This document shows positions 14,970 to 24,265 of a stretch of DNA of 64,000 bases, piece by piece. The translations under genes were made by a program, and so were the position numbers. Each line of letters opens with the position of its first letter. The first letter of the stretch is position 1. A model generated the notes under the pieces. The model saw only the letters and a program-made list of their open reading frames with translations, was not told where the DNA came from and ran no database searches. Source of the stretch: an uncultured delta proteobacterium (GTDB lineage Bacteria; Myxococcota_A; Polyangia; Polyangiales; Houyiibacteriaceae); contig CAVOVB010000003.1 in NCBI GenBank assembly GCA_963699755.1, forward strand, positions 416,001 to 480,000. The letters run 5' to 3'.

Positions 14970-15521
14970 ATGTCTACCTTCGTCCTACAGATCCAGGACC
15001 TCGACGAGGCCGGGACGGATTGGAATTTCGTCATCGGGACGGATTGGCTGGGGTCTGCGCTGGCCGAGACCGAGCTGAGCGCGGGTTCCACGGATGGGCA
15101 ACTGTCGGTGCATGCGCAGCTCAACGGGACCGATGTGCTCGTGCAAGCGCACCTCGAGGTAGAGCTCATGGCCACTTGTGCGCGCTGCCTCGGAGACATT
15201 GCGCTCCCGGTGGACCTGGCGGTGACCGCCCTTTTCAGTCCGCAGCACATGCGTCCTCACGGCAGCCATGAGATCGATGTCCAGTTGGACGAGGTCAATC
15301 GGGACTACTACAGCGGGAGCCAGGTGGTCTTGGACCCGATGGTGCGCGAGTGCTTGCTTCTCGAAGCGCCGATGAAACCCCTTTGCTCTGAAACTTGTGA
15401 GGGGATCCCCATTCCGGAGCATCTCCGGCCTCCCGACGAGGTCTTTGGGGATGCGGCGCCCGATTCGCGCTTCGCCCCCTTACTCAAACTCAAAGAAGCA
15501 CTTACGAAGAACGAGGAGTGA
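14970..15521 (+). CDS. yceD: DUF177 / YceD family protein
   Basis: CARCL and PMKPLCSETCEG motifs; directly upstream of rpmF. Confidence 0.85.
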   Translation: MSTFVLQIQDLDEAGTDWNFVIGTDWLGSALAETELSAGSTDGQLSVHAQLNGTDVLVQAHLEVELMATCARCLGDIALPVDLAVTALFSPQHMRPHGSHEIDVQLDEVNRDYYSGSQVVLDPMVRECLLLEAPMKPLCSETCEGIPIPEHLRPPDEVFGDAAPDSRFAPLLKLKEALTKNEE

Positions 15522-15525
15522 CCCC

Positions 15526-15720
15526 GTGGCAGTACCGAAACGCAGAACCAGCCCAATGAAGCGCGACCAGCGGCGCGCCCATCACGACAAAGTCACCGCC
15601 CCAAACGTGAGCGTATGCCCCAATTGCGGCGATGTCATGCTTCCGCATCGGGCCTGCCCAGCATGCGGCTTCTACAAGGGCCGTCAGGTGACCAAGGGCA
15701 AAGCCGAAGAGCTCGAGTAG
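15526..15720 (+). CDS. rpmF: 50S ribosomal protein L32
   Basis: GTG start, AVPKRRTS, CPNCG...HRACPACGFYKG. Confidence 0.95.
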   Translation: MAVPKRRTSPMKRDQRRAHHDKVTAPNVSVCPNCGDVMLPHRACPACGFYKGRQVTKGKAEELE

Positions 15721-15723
15721 CGA

Positions 15724-16470
15724 GTGTTCGACCTGGCCGGGAAAATCGCCATCGTGACCGGTGGGTCACGCGGCATCGGCCGTGCAACCAGCCTTGCGCT
15801 CGCGCAGGTTGGCGCGCATGTCCTCGTCAACTATCGCTCCAATGAAGAGGCCGCGCGGGAAACCTTGCGGCTCATCGAAGAGGCGGGTGGGCGAGCGGAG
15901 CTCATCGCCTTCGACGTTGCTGACCCGGATTCAGTAGACCGCAGGATCAAGGAGGCGGTGGCGCGGCACGGGCGCATCGACATTCTCGTGAACAACGCGG
16001 GAATCTCGATCGATCAATTGTTGTTGAGAGTGTCGGCGAAGGACCTCGAAATGACGTGGGCGACCAATGTGAACGGGGCGGTGTTCTGCGCGAAAGCCTG
16101 CATTCGCCCCATGATGAAGCAGCGCTGGGGGCGCATCATCAATCTTTCGAGCGTTGTGGGAGAGTCCGGCAATGCCGGCCAGGTGGTCTACTCTTCCTCA
16201 AAGGCGGCACTTTTGGGCCTCACGCGCTCGTTGGCTCGCGAGTACGCCTCTCGGGGGATCACCGTGAACGCCGTTTCCCCTGGATTCATCGAGACGGACA
16301 TGACTGCAGAGCTGCCGGACTCGGCGAGGCAGGGCATCGTGGATCAGACGCCGCTAGGCCGAATTGGTCGCCCCGAGGAGGTCGCCGCAGCAGTTGTGTT
16401 TTTGGCAAGCGAAGAAGCGAGCTATATCACCGGGCAAGTAGTCCGGGTCAACGGAGGCATGCACATCTGA
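15724..16470 (+). CDS. fabG: 3-oxoacyl-ACP reductase
   Basis: TGGSRGIG, NNAGI, YSSSK, PGFIETDMT; fab cluster context. Confidence 0.93.
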   Translation: MFDLAGKIAIVTGGSRGIGRATSLALAQVGAHVLVNYRSNEEAARETLRLIEEAGGRAELIAFDVADPDSVDRRIKEAVARHGRIDILVNNAGISIDQLLLRVSAKDLEMTWATNVNGAVFCAKACIRPMMKQRWGRIINLSSVVGESGNAGQVVYSSSKAALLGLTRSLAREYASRGITVNAVSPGFIETDMTAELPDSARQGIVDQTPLGRIGRPEEVAAAVVFLASEEASYITGQVVRVNGGMHI

Positions 16471-16493
16471 GGTGTGTGTGACGGAGGAAGCAG

Positions 16494-16727
16494 ATGGACA
16501 TCGCCGAGAAGGTCAAAGAAATCGTGTCGGATAAGCTCGACGTCGACGGGGCCGACATTCAGGAAGAGCAAGACTTCATCGAAGATCTCAAGGCCGACTC
16601 GCTCGCGATTGTCGAGGTCGTCCTGGCGCTCGAGGAGCAGTTCGAGATCGAGATTCCGGACGAGGACACTGAAAAGATCAAGACCGTCCGCGACGCGATC
16701 GAATACATCAAGGCGCACAAGGGCTGA
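16494..16727 (+). CDS. acpP: Acyl carrier protein
   Basis: [28 protein letters not shown]. Confidence 0.95.
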   Translation: MDIAEKVKEIVSDKLDVDGADIQEEQDFIEDLKADSLAIVEVVLALEEQFEIEIPDEDTEKIKTVRDAIEYIKAHKG

Positions 16728-16760
16728 GGGTCGAGTGCGCGTCCGTCACGGGGCGAGTCG

Positions 16761-17999
16761 ATGCGGCGAGTAGTCATCACAGGCTTGGGCACCGTGAGCC
16801 CATGCGGCGCGGACGTAGCGACCACTTGGAAAAACGTCTCCGAGGGGCGGAGCGGGATCGCGCGCATCGAAGGTTTCGACCCTAGCGATTTCGCTTCGCA
16901 GATTGCAGGCGAGTGCACGGACTTCGATCCGCTCCAGTACGTGCCGAAGCGGCGCCTGCGGGAGGGCGCGCGATTCATTCAGCTCGCCATCGCCGCAAGC
17001 GCACAGGCTATCAAAAGCTCCGGCTTCGAGCCCAGCGATGAAGAGAAGGAGCGGGTAGGCACCTTCATCGGCGTCGGTTTCTGCGGGCTCGAAGTGTTCG
17101 AGGAGACCTGCAGGACCCTGCTCGAAAAGGGGCCGCGCCGGGTTTCGCCGTACTTCATACCTTCGGTCATCGCCAACCTCGCCCCCGGGCAAGTCACGAT
17201 CGATTGGGGATTCAAAGGGCCGAGCTACACGCATACCAGCGCCTGCGCATCGGGCGCGCACGCGATCGGCGACGCGTTTCGCTGGATTCAGCGGGGCGAA
17301 ATCGATGCGGCTGTCGCCGGCGGCGCGGAGGCTGCAGTCACGCCCGTCGGCGTAGCCGGGTTCACGTCGATGCGGGCGCTGTCACGGCGTAACGACGAGC
17401 CCCATCTCGCAAGTCGTCCCTTTGATTCGGGCCGGGACGGCTTCGTCATTGCCGAGGGTGCTGGCGTGCTCGTCCTCGAAGAGCGCGAGGCTGCGATGGC
17501 GCGAGGCGCGGAGGTCATGGCAGAGATCGTCGGCTACGGCGCAACCTCGGACGCGCATCACATGGTGCAACCTGCACCCGAAGCGGAAGGGGCGCAGCGT
17601 GCGATGAAGCTCGCGCTGAGCGACGCAAAGCTCAACGCCGCGGACATCGACTACATCAACGCGCACGGCACCTCGACGCCGCAGGGCGACGTAGGGGAGC
17701 TCCAAGCGATTCGCAAAGTCTTTGGTGAGCACGCTACCCACGGGCTCGCCGTTTCGAGCACCAAGAGCATGAGCGGGCACTTGCTCGGCGCAGCAGGTGG
17801 GCTCGAGCCCGTTCTGTGTGTACTCGGGATACGCGACGGCCTCCTTCCACCCACGATCAACTTGGACGATCCCGATCCGGCTGCGAAGGGGATCAACCTG
17901 GTTCCCAACCAGGCGCAGGAGCGACCGATTCGCGCGCTGATGAACAACTCCTTCGGCTTCGGCGGAACCAATTGCGCGCTCGTGCTAAAGGCCCCTTAG
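16761..17999 (+). CDS. fabF: Beta-ketoacyl-ACP synthase II
   Basis: SACASG, NAHGTST, STKSMSGHLLGAAG, NSFGFGGTN. Confidence 0.95.
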   Translation: MRRVVITGLGTVSPCGADVATTWKNVSEGRSGIARIEGFDPSDFASQIAGECTDFDPLQYVPKRRLREGARFIQLAIAASAQAIKSSGFEPSDEEKERVGTFIGVGFCGLEVFEETCRTLLEKGPRRVSPYFIPSVIANLAPGQVTIDWGFKGPSYTHTSACASGAHAIGDAFRWIQRGEIDAAVAGGAEAAVTPVGVAGFTSMRALSRRNDEPHLASRPFDSGRDGFVIAEGAGVLVLEEREAAMARGAEVMAEIVGYGATSDAHHMVQPAPEAEGAQRAMKLALSDAKLNAADIDYINAHGTSTPQGDVGELQAIRKVFGEHATHGLAVSSTKSMSGHLLGAAGGLEPVLCVLGIRDGLLPPTINLDDPDPAAKGINLVPNQAQERPIRALMNNSFGFGGTNCALVLKAP

Positions 18000-18001
18000 G
18001 C

Positions 18002-18439
18002 ATGCCGAAGACTCTCATCGTCGGTTCCGATCACGCTGGCCTCGAGCTGAAGCGTCAGCTTTCGGCTGTTGCGACAGAGCTCGGCTACGAAGTGGTCGAC
18101 CTCGGCACGCACAGCAGCGATTCCACCGACTACCCAGACTGGGCGCACCTGGTTGCGGGCGCCGTCGGGCGCGGTGAAGGGCTCGGCCTCTTGGTGTGTG
18201 GAACAGGGGTCGGCATGTCGATCGCTGCCAACCGCCACGGCGGGGTGCGCGCTGCGCTCTGCGGTGATGTGTTCAGCGCGTCGATGAGTCGGAGGCACAA
18301 CGACGCCAACCTCCTTTGCATCGGTGCCCGGGTCGTGGGCGCAGGGCTCGCTGAGGAAATTCTGAAGGCGTTCCTGAGCGCTACCTTCGAAGGCGGTCGG
18401 CACGTGCGCCGCGTCAACAAGATTGAGCCTTCCGCATGA
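18002..18439 (+). CDS. rpiB: Ribose-5-phosphate isomerase B
   Basis: GSDHAG, DYPD, CGTGVGMSIAANR, HNDAN, FEGGRH. Confidence 0.93.
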   Translation: MPKTLIVGSDHAGLELKRQLSAVATELGYEVVDLGTHSSDSTDYPDWAHLVAGAVGRGEGLGLLVCGTGVGMSIAANRHGGVRAALCGDVFSASMSRRHNDANLLCIGARVVGAGLAEEILKAFLSATFEGGRHVRRVNKIEPSA

Positions 18440-18630
18440 AGGTCGAGCAAGACGAACGCTTTCGCGAACAGCGAGAGCGGTTTCGGCTCAAGTGGAACTG
18501 CGAGGACTGCGTGTTGTTCGATCCCGATCGGGGATGTGCGCACGGCTTCCCGCCCCACCGGCATCGAAAGTCCCGGTACGACGACCCAAGCGCCGCACTG
18601 CTCTTCTGCAAAGACTTCGAGCTGACCTAG
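18436..18630 (+). CDS. Small Cys-containing hypothetical protein (64 aa)
   Basis: ATGA overlap with rpiB; CEDC...CAHG...FCKDFE. Confidence 0.65.
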   Translation: MKVEQDERFREQRERFRLKWNCEDCVLFDPDRGCAHGFPPHRHRKSRYDDPSAALLFCKDFELT

Positions 18631-18984
18631 GCGATAGTGTGGGGGCGGTGGGGCCGGATCAACCGCCGTCGCGCGAAGAGCGCAAGCACATCGGCTGGTT
18701 CCCCTTCTCCGGCGAAATCGCGGCAGAGGGTGCGTGCCTTCACGTAGCGGCGCTCGGAGTCGAGACAGCCTCCAAGCACTCATGCCGGTTTCGATGTCCA
18801 TCTCGACTAGGGGCCCAAGCACGCTGATCCAGCTCGCCCTCGAATGTGCGATTGGACCGCGCCAGATCGACGCACGCGAAGTCGAAGTGCCTCAAGCTCT
18901 CGGAGATGTTCGACGCAGCGACGGGCGCCGATGATCTCGGCGCAGGCGGTGCACCCAGAGGCGCGCCGCCTGCTCCGTCGTGCC

Positions 18985-20949
18985 TCAGTCACACGCGGGC
19001 GGCTGCCACGGTAGCGGTGGCGGGTCCGGAAGGTTGGGGTCCATAGCCAGGATCAAATAGAACAATGAGAAGAACGACGCATCGTCCGGATCATTGTTCT
19101 CGTAGCAGTTGCCGTGGAACGGCGTCAGGTCGTCCGCGTCCTGCTCGGGGAACGGCGGAATCGGGAACCCCAACTCCGTCAGGTCCCAGGGCACCGTGAG
19201 CAAAGACAGATCCGCGGCGAAGAATCCGAACGGTGGAGGCGGCGGGTTGCCGGAGTTGTTGACGAGCACGTTGCTCTCGACGCGATTTCGATTCGACGAT
19301 TGATCGTAGAGGAACTCGATCGAAATGTCGGGGTCTGCCGCGCAATTGAAGTTCTCGAACCCTTCCGTGACGGCGCAGTAGTCCGCAATTGCGATCCCGA
19401 CGTACTCGTTGTTTTCCACGAGGTTCCCTTGGATCAGAGAGTCGTCCACGCCCAAGTAGAGGATGCCGATCCCCTTGGGGATCAACGAGAGAATCGAACC
19501 CGGCCGGGCCGTATTCTCCTTGTTGTTGTCGTGGATCCAGTTGTTCACGATATCGATGCGTTTGGCGCTCTTCCGGCCTTCGTCATCAAAGATGTCCGGC
19601 AGAAGGAGAATCGCGGCGCCGACCGTGTTGTTTCGCATCTCGTTGTTCATCAGGAGGATGTCGTCGCTGTTCGACACCTCGATGCCGTTGACGCTGTTCT
19701 CGACGACGTTGTTGATCACCAGAACGTGCTCGGAGGTTTCGACCCAGAGCGCGCTGTCCAAGTCGGAGCCCGTCGAGTAGCTGTTGCGGACGATCCCGTT
19801 TCTCGAGAGCACGGGGAAGATCCCGTAGTTGCGGTTGTTGATTGACGTCACGTCATCGAACACGAAGCCGTCGACGTGCCGGGTGAAGATCCCGTTGTTC
19901 GAAAAGCCGTCGATGGTGATGCTTTCGACCTCGATATCGTAGAGCCAGGGATCACCGGTCGGATCGACGATCGGTACGTCCGGAAACAGAGGGAATGGTG
20001 GTGCCATGTCCGTGTGACAGCCCATGCAGTCGGTGTGCTCGACCTCTCTTCCCAGGGGTTGGGCCGCTGCCGGAACTTCCGGTGCCACGATGGCGATTCC
20101 ATTGCGCTGACCGTTTGTGCTCTTGAGGATCACGCGCTTGTTCTTGTTGCTTTGCCCGACCAGGTGGATGCCGCTCTTGGTAATGTTGAGCCCATTCGTC
20201 GGGTTGCAGGGTTCCTCGTAGACGCCACCGTGAACAAAGATCCGGGTGCCCGGCTGCGCACGGTCGATCGCCTCCTGAATCGACTGGCCCGGCTTGACGA
20301 CGATCGTACCGCGCTCGAACTGGCCGGGCGGTATCCTCTCATGGCCGGGGTCGCAGTCGACGCCGCCCGTGCCGCCGGTGCCTCCGACGCCGCCCGTGCC
20401 ACCGGTTCCACCGGTACCACCGGTACCACCGGTACCACCGGTGCCACCGGTTCCACCGGTTCCACCGGTTCCACTCGGATCGTATGGCTCGAGCCCCGGG
20501 AACGGAGGCTGGTTGAACACGTCGCCCGTATCAGAAAAGATCGTGTTCGTGTCTAGCGCAGTCCAGCCCGGCTGGGTGCTCGCGTTGATCTCCGTGATGT
20601 TATCGTTCGCGCCAGGGTCCATGTCGGAGTCCACGCCCTCGATGCAGGCGAAGGCCTCATCGAGGCTGATGTTGCCATCCGGTGTGGAACCGTCGGCGCC
20701 GTCACAGTTCGGGTCGCCGATCGCCAGACGGATGTCCCAACCGTATCCGTTCCAAGAGGGAGGTTGGGTATTGAAGTGGCATAGCTGACAGTTCGCATTA
20801 GCCGGAATGGGGCCGTAAAAGCCCGTCCAGGCGTTCCGTATCGTGGAGTTCGCGCTCATCGGCGAAGGGCTGAGAAGCGAGACCGCAAGTGCCGCGCCCA
20901 GGACGAGGGCGCAAGACATCCACGGCCTAGTGAAAACGGATCTGCCCAT
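18985..20949 (-). CDS. Secreted right-handed parallel beta-helix (NosD-like) protein with two CXXCH motifs
   Basis: Signal peptide; CQLCH and CMGCH; GGT linker; 'SIQEAIDRAQPG' and Asn-ladder PbH1 repeats. Confidence 0.7.
   Translation of the reverse strand: MGRSVFTRPWMSCALVLGAALAVSLLSPSPMSANSTIRNAWTGFYGPIPANANCQLCHFNTQPPSWNGYGWDIRLAIGDPNCDGADGSTPDGNISLDEAFACIEGVDSDMDPGANDNITEINASTQPGWTALDTNTIFSDTGDVFNQPPFPGLEPYDPSGTGGTGGTGGTGGTGGTGGTGGTGGTGGVGGTGGTGGVDCDPGHERIPPGQFERGTIVVKPGQSIQEAIDRAQPGTRIFVHGGVYEEPCNPTNGLNITKSGIHLVGQSNKNKRVILKSTNGQRNGIAIVAPEVPAAAQPLGREVEHTDCMGCHTDMAPPFPLFPDVPIVDPTGDPWLYDIEVESITIDGFSNNGIFTRHVDGFVFDDVTSINNRNYGIFPVLSRNGIVRNSYSTGSDLDSALWVETSEHVLVINNVVENSVNGIEVSNSDDILLMNNEMRNNTVGAAILLLPDIFDDEGRKSAKRIDIVNNWIHDNNKENTARPGSILSLIPKGIGILYLGVDDSLIQGNLVENNEYVGIAIADYCAVTEGFENFNCAADPDISIEFLYDQSSNRNRVESNVLVNNSGNPPPPPFGFFAADLSLLTVPWDLTELGFPIPPFPEQDADDLTPFHGNCYENNDPDDASFFSLFYLILAMDPNLPDPPPLPWQPPACD
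20361..20472 (-). repeat. 9-bp tandem repeat encoding a (GGT)n linker
   Basis: Repeated ACCGGTACC/ACCGGTTCC units translating to TGGTGGTGG... Confidence 0.85.
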
Positions 20950-21089
20950 GATGAACTCCCATCTGCAGCGAGTGGCTGGCGGCGTGCCAATGACCGACGC
21001 GTGCGAAGCGATCGAGTACCATGACGCCACCGATACAATCAATGGTCAGATCCGGACTCACGTATCAAGATTGAACCGAACAGTAGCGC

Positions 21090-22349
21090 CTACGCGGCGA
21101 AGAAGCGCTTCATGACGTCGATCATTTTCGGTACGTCGGCGGCGGCGGCGACTTCGCGACAGGAGTGCATGGAGAGCATCGGGTTGCCGGCGTCGACCGT
21201 CCGAATGCCGAGCTCGGCAGCGGTGATCGGGCCGATAGTGCTGCCGCAGCCGAGATCGGAGCGAACGACGAAGCGCTGCGTGGTCACGTCGGCCTCGCGT
21301 GCCCAGCGTTCGAAGCTCGCCCAGCTTTCGCCGTCGGTGGCGTACCGCTGATTGACGTTGACCTTCACGACCGGGCCGCCGCCCAGGACAGGTTGGTGCT
21401 GGGGCTCGTGAAGGTCGGCGTAGTTCGGGTGAACCGCGTGAGACATATCGGCCGAGATCAAGAACGACTTGGCGATGGCGCGGTGGTAGGCCTCGGTCGA
21501 ATCGCCGCAGAGTCGCTGCAAGCAGCTTCGCAAGAAGTCCGACGCTGCGCCCTGTGCGCTTCGGCTCCCGACCTCTTCATGATCGTAGAGAACGATTCCT
21601 CGGCTGATCTCGGTTTCGCGTTCGGAGGCGAGCAGGGCGCTCAGGCATGCGTGACAGCTCGCGAGGTTGTCGATGCGGGCGGCGTGGATAAACTCCCGGT
21701 TCACGCCGCTACGCGTTCCGGGCTGTAGGTCGTACGCCATCAAGTCCCAGGCGATCACGTCGCTTGCATCGACGTCGCCCAGCTCTTTGGCCAGCAAGGC
21801 CCGGAGGTCCAATTCGCCGAGGTCGCTCAGGGCAACGATGGGCGCCATGTGCTTTTGCGCGTTCACCTGCAAGCCCTCGCTGTTTACCTTGCGGTTCAAA
21901 TGAATCGCCAGCGATGGAATTCGGAGGAGCTCGCGTCGGAAGTCGACGAGCCTCGCGTTGCCATTCGCGAGCGAGACACGCCCTGCAAGCGAAAGGTCGC
22001 GATCGAGCCAGGTGTGTAACAGGACCGCGCCGTACGGCGCGACGCCAAGCTGCCCGTACCCTGCGTTCTGGAGCTCGGGGTTCGGCTTGACCCGAAGGTT
22101 GGGCGAATCGCTGTGTGCGCCGACGAGATGAAAGCCCGCTTCGTGGGCCGGGGCGCTCCCGAGGTGAAATGCCGCGACGGAAGCTCCGCCCCTGACCACA
22201 TACACCTTGTCTACGGGTTTGACTTCCCAGACCTCGCCTTCATCGAGACGGCGATAGCCCCGAGCTTCGAGGCGCGCGACGGTTTCGGCTACCGCGTGGA
22301 ACGGGGTTGGGGACCTGTTGATGAATGCGAGGAGATCTTGAACTGGCAC
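21090..22349 (-). CDS. M18 family aminopeptidase
   Basis: SPTPFHAV, GAHSDSP, RIDNL, DHEEVGS, SADMSHAVHPNY, SMHSCRE. Confidence 0.92.
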   Translation of the reverse strand: MPVQDLLAFINRSPTPFHAVAETVARLEARGYRRLDEGEVWEVKPVDKVYVVRGGASVAAFHLGSAPAHEAGFHLVGAHSDSPNLRVKPNPELQNAGYGQLGVAPYGAVLLHTWLDRDLSLAGRVSLANGNARLVDFRRELLRIPSLAIHLNRKVNSEGLQVNAQKHMAPIVALSDLGELDLRALLAKELGDVDASDVIAWDLMAYDLQPGTRSGVNREFIHAARIDNLASCHACLSALLASERETEISRGIVLYDHEEVGSRSAQGAASDFLRSCLQRLCGDSTEAYHRAIAKSFLISADMSHAVHPNYADLHEPQHQPVLGGGPVVKVNVNQRYATDGESWASFERWAREADVTTQRFVVRSDLGCGSTIGPITAAELGIRTVDAGNPMLSMHSCREVAAAADVPKMIDVMKRFFAA

Positions 22350-22358
22350 GTGCTTCCT

Positions 22359-23279
22359 TTACCTCGCAAGCGAGCGGACGCCGGCGCGGTGCACCTTGCC
22401 CGGTAGCTCTCGGCCTACGATGGCCTCGGCGACCTGGCCGGCTTGCCAGAGCTTCTCGAGGTCGATTCCGGTTTCGATACCCATGCCGTGCAGGGTGTAC
22501 ACCAAGTCCTCCGTCGCGAGATTGCCGGCTGCGCCTGGCGCGTAGGGACAGCCGCCAAGGCCAGCCACCGAGGCATCGAAGGTGGTGATGCCAGCCTGCA
22601 GGCCAACGAGCACGTTGGCGAGCGCGGTCCCGCGGGTGTCGTGCAGGTGAAGGGCGATCTGCTCCAGCCGAAGCTCCGAGAGGAAAAGCTCGAGAATCTG
22701 CTCTGTTTGAACCGGCGTGCCGACGCCGATTGTGTCGCCTAGCGAAACTTGATAGCAGCCCGCGCCGAGCAAGCGCTTCGCCAGCTCCAAGCCGCGCTGT
22801 GGGTCGACGTGACCCTCGTAGGGGCAACCCCACATCGTCGAAACGTAACCTCGAACGCTGAGCCCAGCATTGACGGCAGGCCCGATGACCGGCTCGAACC
22901 CCTTCAGGGTTTGATCGATCGTCTTGTTGACGTTCTTGTTGTTGTGGGTCTGGCTCGCGCTCACGAACACAGCGATTTCGTCGACCTTCGCAGCGAGTGC
23001 GCGATCGAGGCCGCGCGCGTTGGGGCAGAGGGCGGCGTAGGTCACGCCCGGCCGACGCTCGATCATGGTGCAGACCTCGTCCGCGTCGGCCATCTGAGGC
23101 ACCCATTTCGGGGCGACGAAGCTCCCAACCTCGATGCGTCTGATACCGGCATCGACGAGGGCTTCGATCAGCCTGACTTTCGCATGGGTGGCCACCTGGG
23201 CGCTCTCGTTCTGCAGGCCGTCCCGAGGGGATACCTCGTAGATGGAAACGCGGCGCGGGAGCTTCGAGGAGGGGGCCAT
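22359..23279 (-). CDS. Hydroxymethylglutaryl-CoA lyase
   Basis: EVSPRDGLQNE, LGDTIG, HLHDTRG, GLGGCPYAPGAAGN. Confidence 0.92.
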   Translation of the reverse strand: MAPSSKLPRRVSIYEVSPRDGLQNESAQVATHAKVRLIEALVDAGIRRIEVGSFVAPKWVPQMADADEVCTMIERRPGVTYAALCPNARGLDRALAAKVDEIAVFVSASQTHNNKNVNKTIDQTLKGFEPVIGPAVNAGLSVRGYVSTMWGCPYEGHVDPQRGLELAKRLLGAGCYQVSLGDTIGVGTPVQTEQILELFLSELRLEQIALHLHDTRGTALANVLVGLQAGITTFDASVAGLGGCPYAPGAAGNLATEDLVYTLHGMGIETGIDLEKLWQAGQVAEAIVGRELPGKVHRAGVRSLAR

Positions 23280-23376
23280 ATCTTTCCTCTACTGCGCCTC
23301 GGGCCTCGTGAAAAGCCGTTGCAGGTCGGATAGAGACCTGGCCCCTGCCACCGATTTGGTAGATACTCCGGCCGCC

Positions 23377-24069
23377 ATGGCCACTTTGACCGCCTTGATG
23401 CTCGCTACGCCCCTCTTTGGTCTGTCCTTGCACATCGACCCATCGATGCTCGAAGCCCCGTCGGCCGCGATCGAGCCGAGCGTGGTCCTGGCGATGGAGG
23501 TCTCCACGGACCTAGGAGAGCCGAGCGAACCGAGCACCGCCGACCTGGTTCGGAAGCGCAACAAGATCAAGAAGATCCACAAGTGGTTCGGGGTCGCCAC
23601 TTGGTCGCTGATGACATTGTCGGTCGCTTCGGGATTCATCCAGTTCCACAACCAATACGGATGGTGGCAGAGCCAGGCGACCAACCCCTGCGTCCAAGGG
23701 AACGCGATTTTCACCCAAGATGCGTGCAGCGGGGTGCCGACCGCGCACGTGACGCTCATCGCGCTCACATCCGCTGCCTACTTCACTACTTTTGGGCTTT
23801 CGTTTGCCATGCCGGACCCGCTCAAAGTGAGCGAAGGCAATAGCGATTTCGCCAGGAAGCTCCGAACACACAAGGTGCTCCGCTGGGTCACGTTCGCGGG
23901 AATGATCGCCCAGATCGGCCTCGGGGTTGTCTCGGCGAATTCCGAGCGCTTCGGCCTCGATCGGGCCAACGACTACAAAGCCGTGCGCGGGATTGCGACC
24001 GCTCACCTGGCGGTCAGCCTGGTGACCTACGGCGCCCTGACCTGGGCTGGCGCGATCATGATCTTCTGA
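23377..24069 (+). CDS. Membrane hypothetical protein with His-bearing TM helices
   Basis: Four hydrophobic segments each near a His (IHKW, AHVT, THKV, AHLA). Confidence 0.6.
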   Translation: MATLTALMLATPLFGLSLHIDPSMLEAPSAAIEPSVVLAMEVSTDLGEPSEPSTADLVRKRNKIKKIHKWFGVATWSLMTLSVASGFIQFHNQYGWWQSQATNPCVQGNAIFTQDACSGVPTAHVTLIALTSAAYFTTFGLSFAMPDPLKVSEGNSDFARKLRTHKVLRWVTFAGMIAQIGLGVVSANSERFGLDRANDYKAVRGIATAHLAVSLVTYGALTWAGAIMIF

Positions 24070-24265
24070 GAGCAGCCTCACCAAGCTCCGCTTTCCACAG
24101 AATTTCTCTGAAATCGGAGCTTGCCCATCCGATCGTCCCGCCGCTAACATGAGAGCATACCTGCGCTGTGGGGACCTTAGGTCGCAGGATCCTTTTGCTT
24201 TTGGGGGTTTCATGAGATCACCGAAGGGTGCAAAAATCCTTTCGAATCGGCGCGCGGCGACGGAG

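Noticed and set aside
18631..18984. Possible gene remnant on the minus strand (HFDFACVDLARSNRTFEGELDQRAW...)
   Set aside because: No supported start or recognisable family.
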